A stretch of DNA of 64,000 nt from an uncultured cyanobacterium (GTDB lineage Bacteria; Cyanobacteriota; Cyanobacteriia; Cyanobacteriales; Nostocaceae), in NCBI GenBank assembly GCA_963740315.1, contig CAVUDP010000002.1:320001-384000 (forward strand). The letters run 5' to 3'. The position numbers and the translations under genes are program-made. The notes under the pieces are model-generated. The model saw nothing but the letters and a program-made list of their open reading frames with translations. It made no database searches and had not been told where the DNA came from. This document shows positions 62,075 through 64,000 of this stretch, piece by piece; the first letter of the stretch is position 1; each line of letters begins with the position of its first letter.

Positions 62075-62163
62075 TCGAACTTTACCCAAGTAAACGAAGT
62101 TGGTAGATACTGATAACTAACTCCCTTAAGAAAATTGATAACCATTACGGATTTTTTCTTAAG
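60576..62163 (+). ncRNA. nsiR1: NsiR1 sRNA tandem array: 11 full copies plus 1 degenerate copy, each promoter + about 60-nt RNA + terminator
   Basis: GGTAGATGCACCCTGATAACT starts at 60612, 60745, 60881, 61017, 61153, 61283, 61421, 61559, 61697, 61834, 61973; degenerate at 62102. Each full copy ends in a CCCC..GGGG-T-tract hairpin; period 130-139 bp; divergent from hetF as in Nostoc PCC 7120. Confidence 0.92.
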
Positions 62164-62758
62164 TAATACAACTTAAATATTGTGTTTTTACTTAGTCGTT
62201 TTTAGAGTATAACCTCATATTAGTTGCTAAGTAGCAAGAATAGTTAAGTAGTGTATTTAATTTAACATACTTTTAGAGAAGATTTACATTGATATAAGAA
62301 CCGTTTATATCTACCTATTACCTATTCTATTGGCTTATCTCGGAGTTTACCCTGACAATTAAGCGTTTTCCACATTTCTGCTTATTGATATTTCATTCAA
62401 GCACAAAGCAAATAATGTGTTTATTATTTTTAAAGATTTCCCTGTATTTACTTAAATAAGTTGACATAAGAATAATTAATTCTTCACCCTCAATTACTTG
62501 TCGATGATATTAAAGGTAAATTGCGCCCTTAAACTATTGCGGAATTACAATGGCGGCTCTGCATCATTTGCTTGGGTGCCTTATTACCAGCTTTTTGCTC
62601 GGTTGGCGGCATTTAACCGTATAATCCCCGGCATACCTTACTTGATATCACCTGTCGATCTAAAGGAATGAATTGTTCCCCAGATTCCCATTGTGAAAGT
62701 ATGGTACGATCGCCTTTTGTATTTAATAAATCAAAAATAGCTCAAAAGCCTTAAGATT

Positions 62759-63076
62759 ATGCCTTTAGCTGTAATTAAGTTCTCGAGTGAAGATTGCGGT
62801 ATTTGCCACAAAATGTCTTTTTATGACAAAAAGGTGGCTGAAGAACTGGGTTTACAATTTATTGATGTCAAGATGCAGGATACTAGTACTTACCGCAAGT
62901 ATCGTAAAGTTTTATTAACTCAATATCCTGATAAATCAGAAATGGGATGGCCTACCTACATTATTTGCGATTCTCCAGAAGAAGAACCTCGTATTTTGGG
63001 TGAAGTGAAAGGAGGGCATCCCAAAGGAGAATTTAGAACTCGTTTGCGATCGGTTGTTGATGAAAATAGCAAATAA
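62759..63076 (+). CDS. Thioredoxin-family protein
   Basis: CGIC motif after a beta strand; GWPTY cis-Pro loop. Confidence 0.8.
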   Translation: MPLAVIKFSSEDCGICHKMSFYDKKVAEELGLQFIDVKMQDTSTYRKYRKVLLTQYPDKSEMGWPTYIICDSPEEEPRILGEVKGGHPKGEFRTRLRSVVDENSK

Positions 63077-63155
63077 TTAGAACTCGTGTTAGATAAGCCG
63101 GGTTTAAAGTCTCAATAATACAAACCCGGTTTCTTATAATTTAAAGTTGGCTTTA

Positions 63156-63383
63156 TTAACTGGTAATATCAAAAGATTTTACTTCTAACACCGGACCAAT
63201 CATAGCAGTTGTCATCACATCTTCGCGTACATCTCCGGTGACTTCTGCTTTTTGTCCTGCTTTGAGTAAGCTTTTATCTGCTCCTCTCATAATTTCATAG
63301 GTTTTACCATCTTCACCGACTAACGCCCAAGCACCCATGCCAATATCGCGGCGTTCAACGGTTCCTTTAACTTTAATACTCAT
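63156..63383 (-). CDS. Small conserved hypothetical beta-rich protein
   Basis: 75 aa, KVKGTVER..IG.GAW.L..GP.LEV. Confidence 0.75.
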   Translation of the reverse strand: MSIKVKGTVERRDIGMGAWALVGEDGKTYEIMRGADKSLLKAGQKAEVTGDVREDVMTTAMIGPVLEVKSFDITS

Positions 63384-63392
63384 GTTTTTTAT

Positions 63393-63488
63393 TAGTGGTT
63401 AGTGGTTAGGAGTTAGGAGTTAGGAGTTAGGAGTTAGGAGTTAGGAGTTAATAAACAACTATCAACTAACAACTAACAACTAACAACT
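63393..63488. repeat. STRR (TTAGGAG)n and (CTAACAA)n
   Basis: Tandem heptamers. Confidence 0.85.
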
Positions 63489-64000
63489 AAACTGGTTGTT
63501 CTTCGTTTTTGACTGCGAAACGAGCCAACATGAAACAAAGCACTGCATTAGCAATCAAAAATCCACGGGATAGCATACCACTTCCCAATCCCCATACTGC
63601 TGGATCTGTTACAGAACTTACGGCTAAACAAGCTGCAATTCCCAAGCTGGAACCGATCGCAAACCACTTCCATTTTGAATGTCCTAAAAGCAGCGCCAAT
63701 AAAACAACAGGAACTAAAATGCTGGCAAAGAATGGGTTAAAAGCATCGGTTCCTTGTAAGGTATTACCTAATTCGGGAATTGAACTACCTAAAAGACGGA
63801 AGGGCCATTGAGGAAGGTCAAAGATGTAAAATCCTTTAAACAAGAATAAACCAGAACTACCTGCAACTAAACCGCTAGCTAAACTCCAACTCCAGGTAAA
63901 AGGAAAGTAAACTCGCAAAAACCAAGCTAATAAGTAAGAACCTACTACCATTAAAATCTTGGGTAGAAGCGCTACAACACCACCGTCAATCCAGAAACCG
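63487..64000 (-). CDS. 3' part of a membrane protein, probably the DUF5942-like C-terminus of an S8 peptidase; truncated by window edge
   Basis: Frame open to the window end; multi-TM with PQWPFRLLGSSIPELG; family assigned from recall. Confidence 0.6.
   Translation of the reverse strand, partial: GFWIDGGVVALLPKILMVVGSYLLAWFLRVYFPFTWSWSLASGLVAGSSGLFLFKGFYIFDLPQWPFRLLGSSIPELGNTLQGTDAFNPFFASILVPVVLLALLLGHSKWKWFAIGSSLGIAACLAVSSVTDPAVWGLGSGMLSRGFLIANAVLCFMLARFAVKNEEQPV

Noticed and set aside
60576..62163. CRISPR array interpretation
   Set aside because: Inter-repeat sequences are themselves repeated, each unit has its own promoter and terminator, and there are no cas genes; matches NsiR1

Overview
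AT-rich chromosomal window from a filamentous heterocyst-forming cyanobacterium (Nostocales; probably Rivularia/Calothrix-like, which is an inference). The assignment rests on hetF, frequent HIP1 octamers (GCGATCGC) and heptameric STRR repeats. Most genes are housekeeping or regulatory: ispH, two amt genes, murT-gatD, egtC-egtB-egtD, chlM, nagA, purE, a cardiolipin-synthase-type PLD, two AI-2E transporters, a hybrid His kinase with a response regulator, and a 1941-aa Ser/Thr-His kinase. The most conspicuous non-coding structure is a 12-unit tandem array of promoter+sRNA+terminator cassettes upstream of hetF (60576-62163). It matches the known NsiR1 array with DIF1 TCCGGA promoters and is not a CRISPR; an extra promoter without an sRNA body lies at 60349. 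Candidate undescribed elements: (1) a three-gene McrBC/LlaJI-like island whose GTPase lacks a DNA-binding domain and whose nuclease is frameshifted exactly at a perfect 15-bp inverted repeat; (2) a Csp-like S8 protease followed by a free-standing protein resembling its own prodomain; (3) an unannotated gene split at an A9/A-AAA-AAG slippery site; (4) an alkaline-phosphatase homolog lacking the canonical His metal ligands; (5) nested micro-mobile repeats. No tRNA, rRNA, transposase or cas genes were seen.
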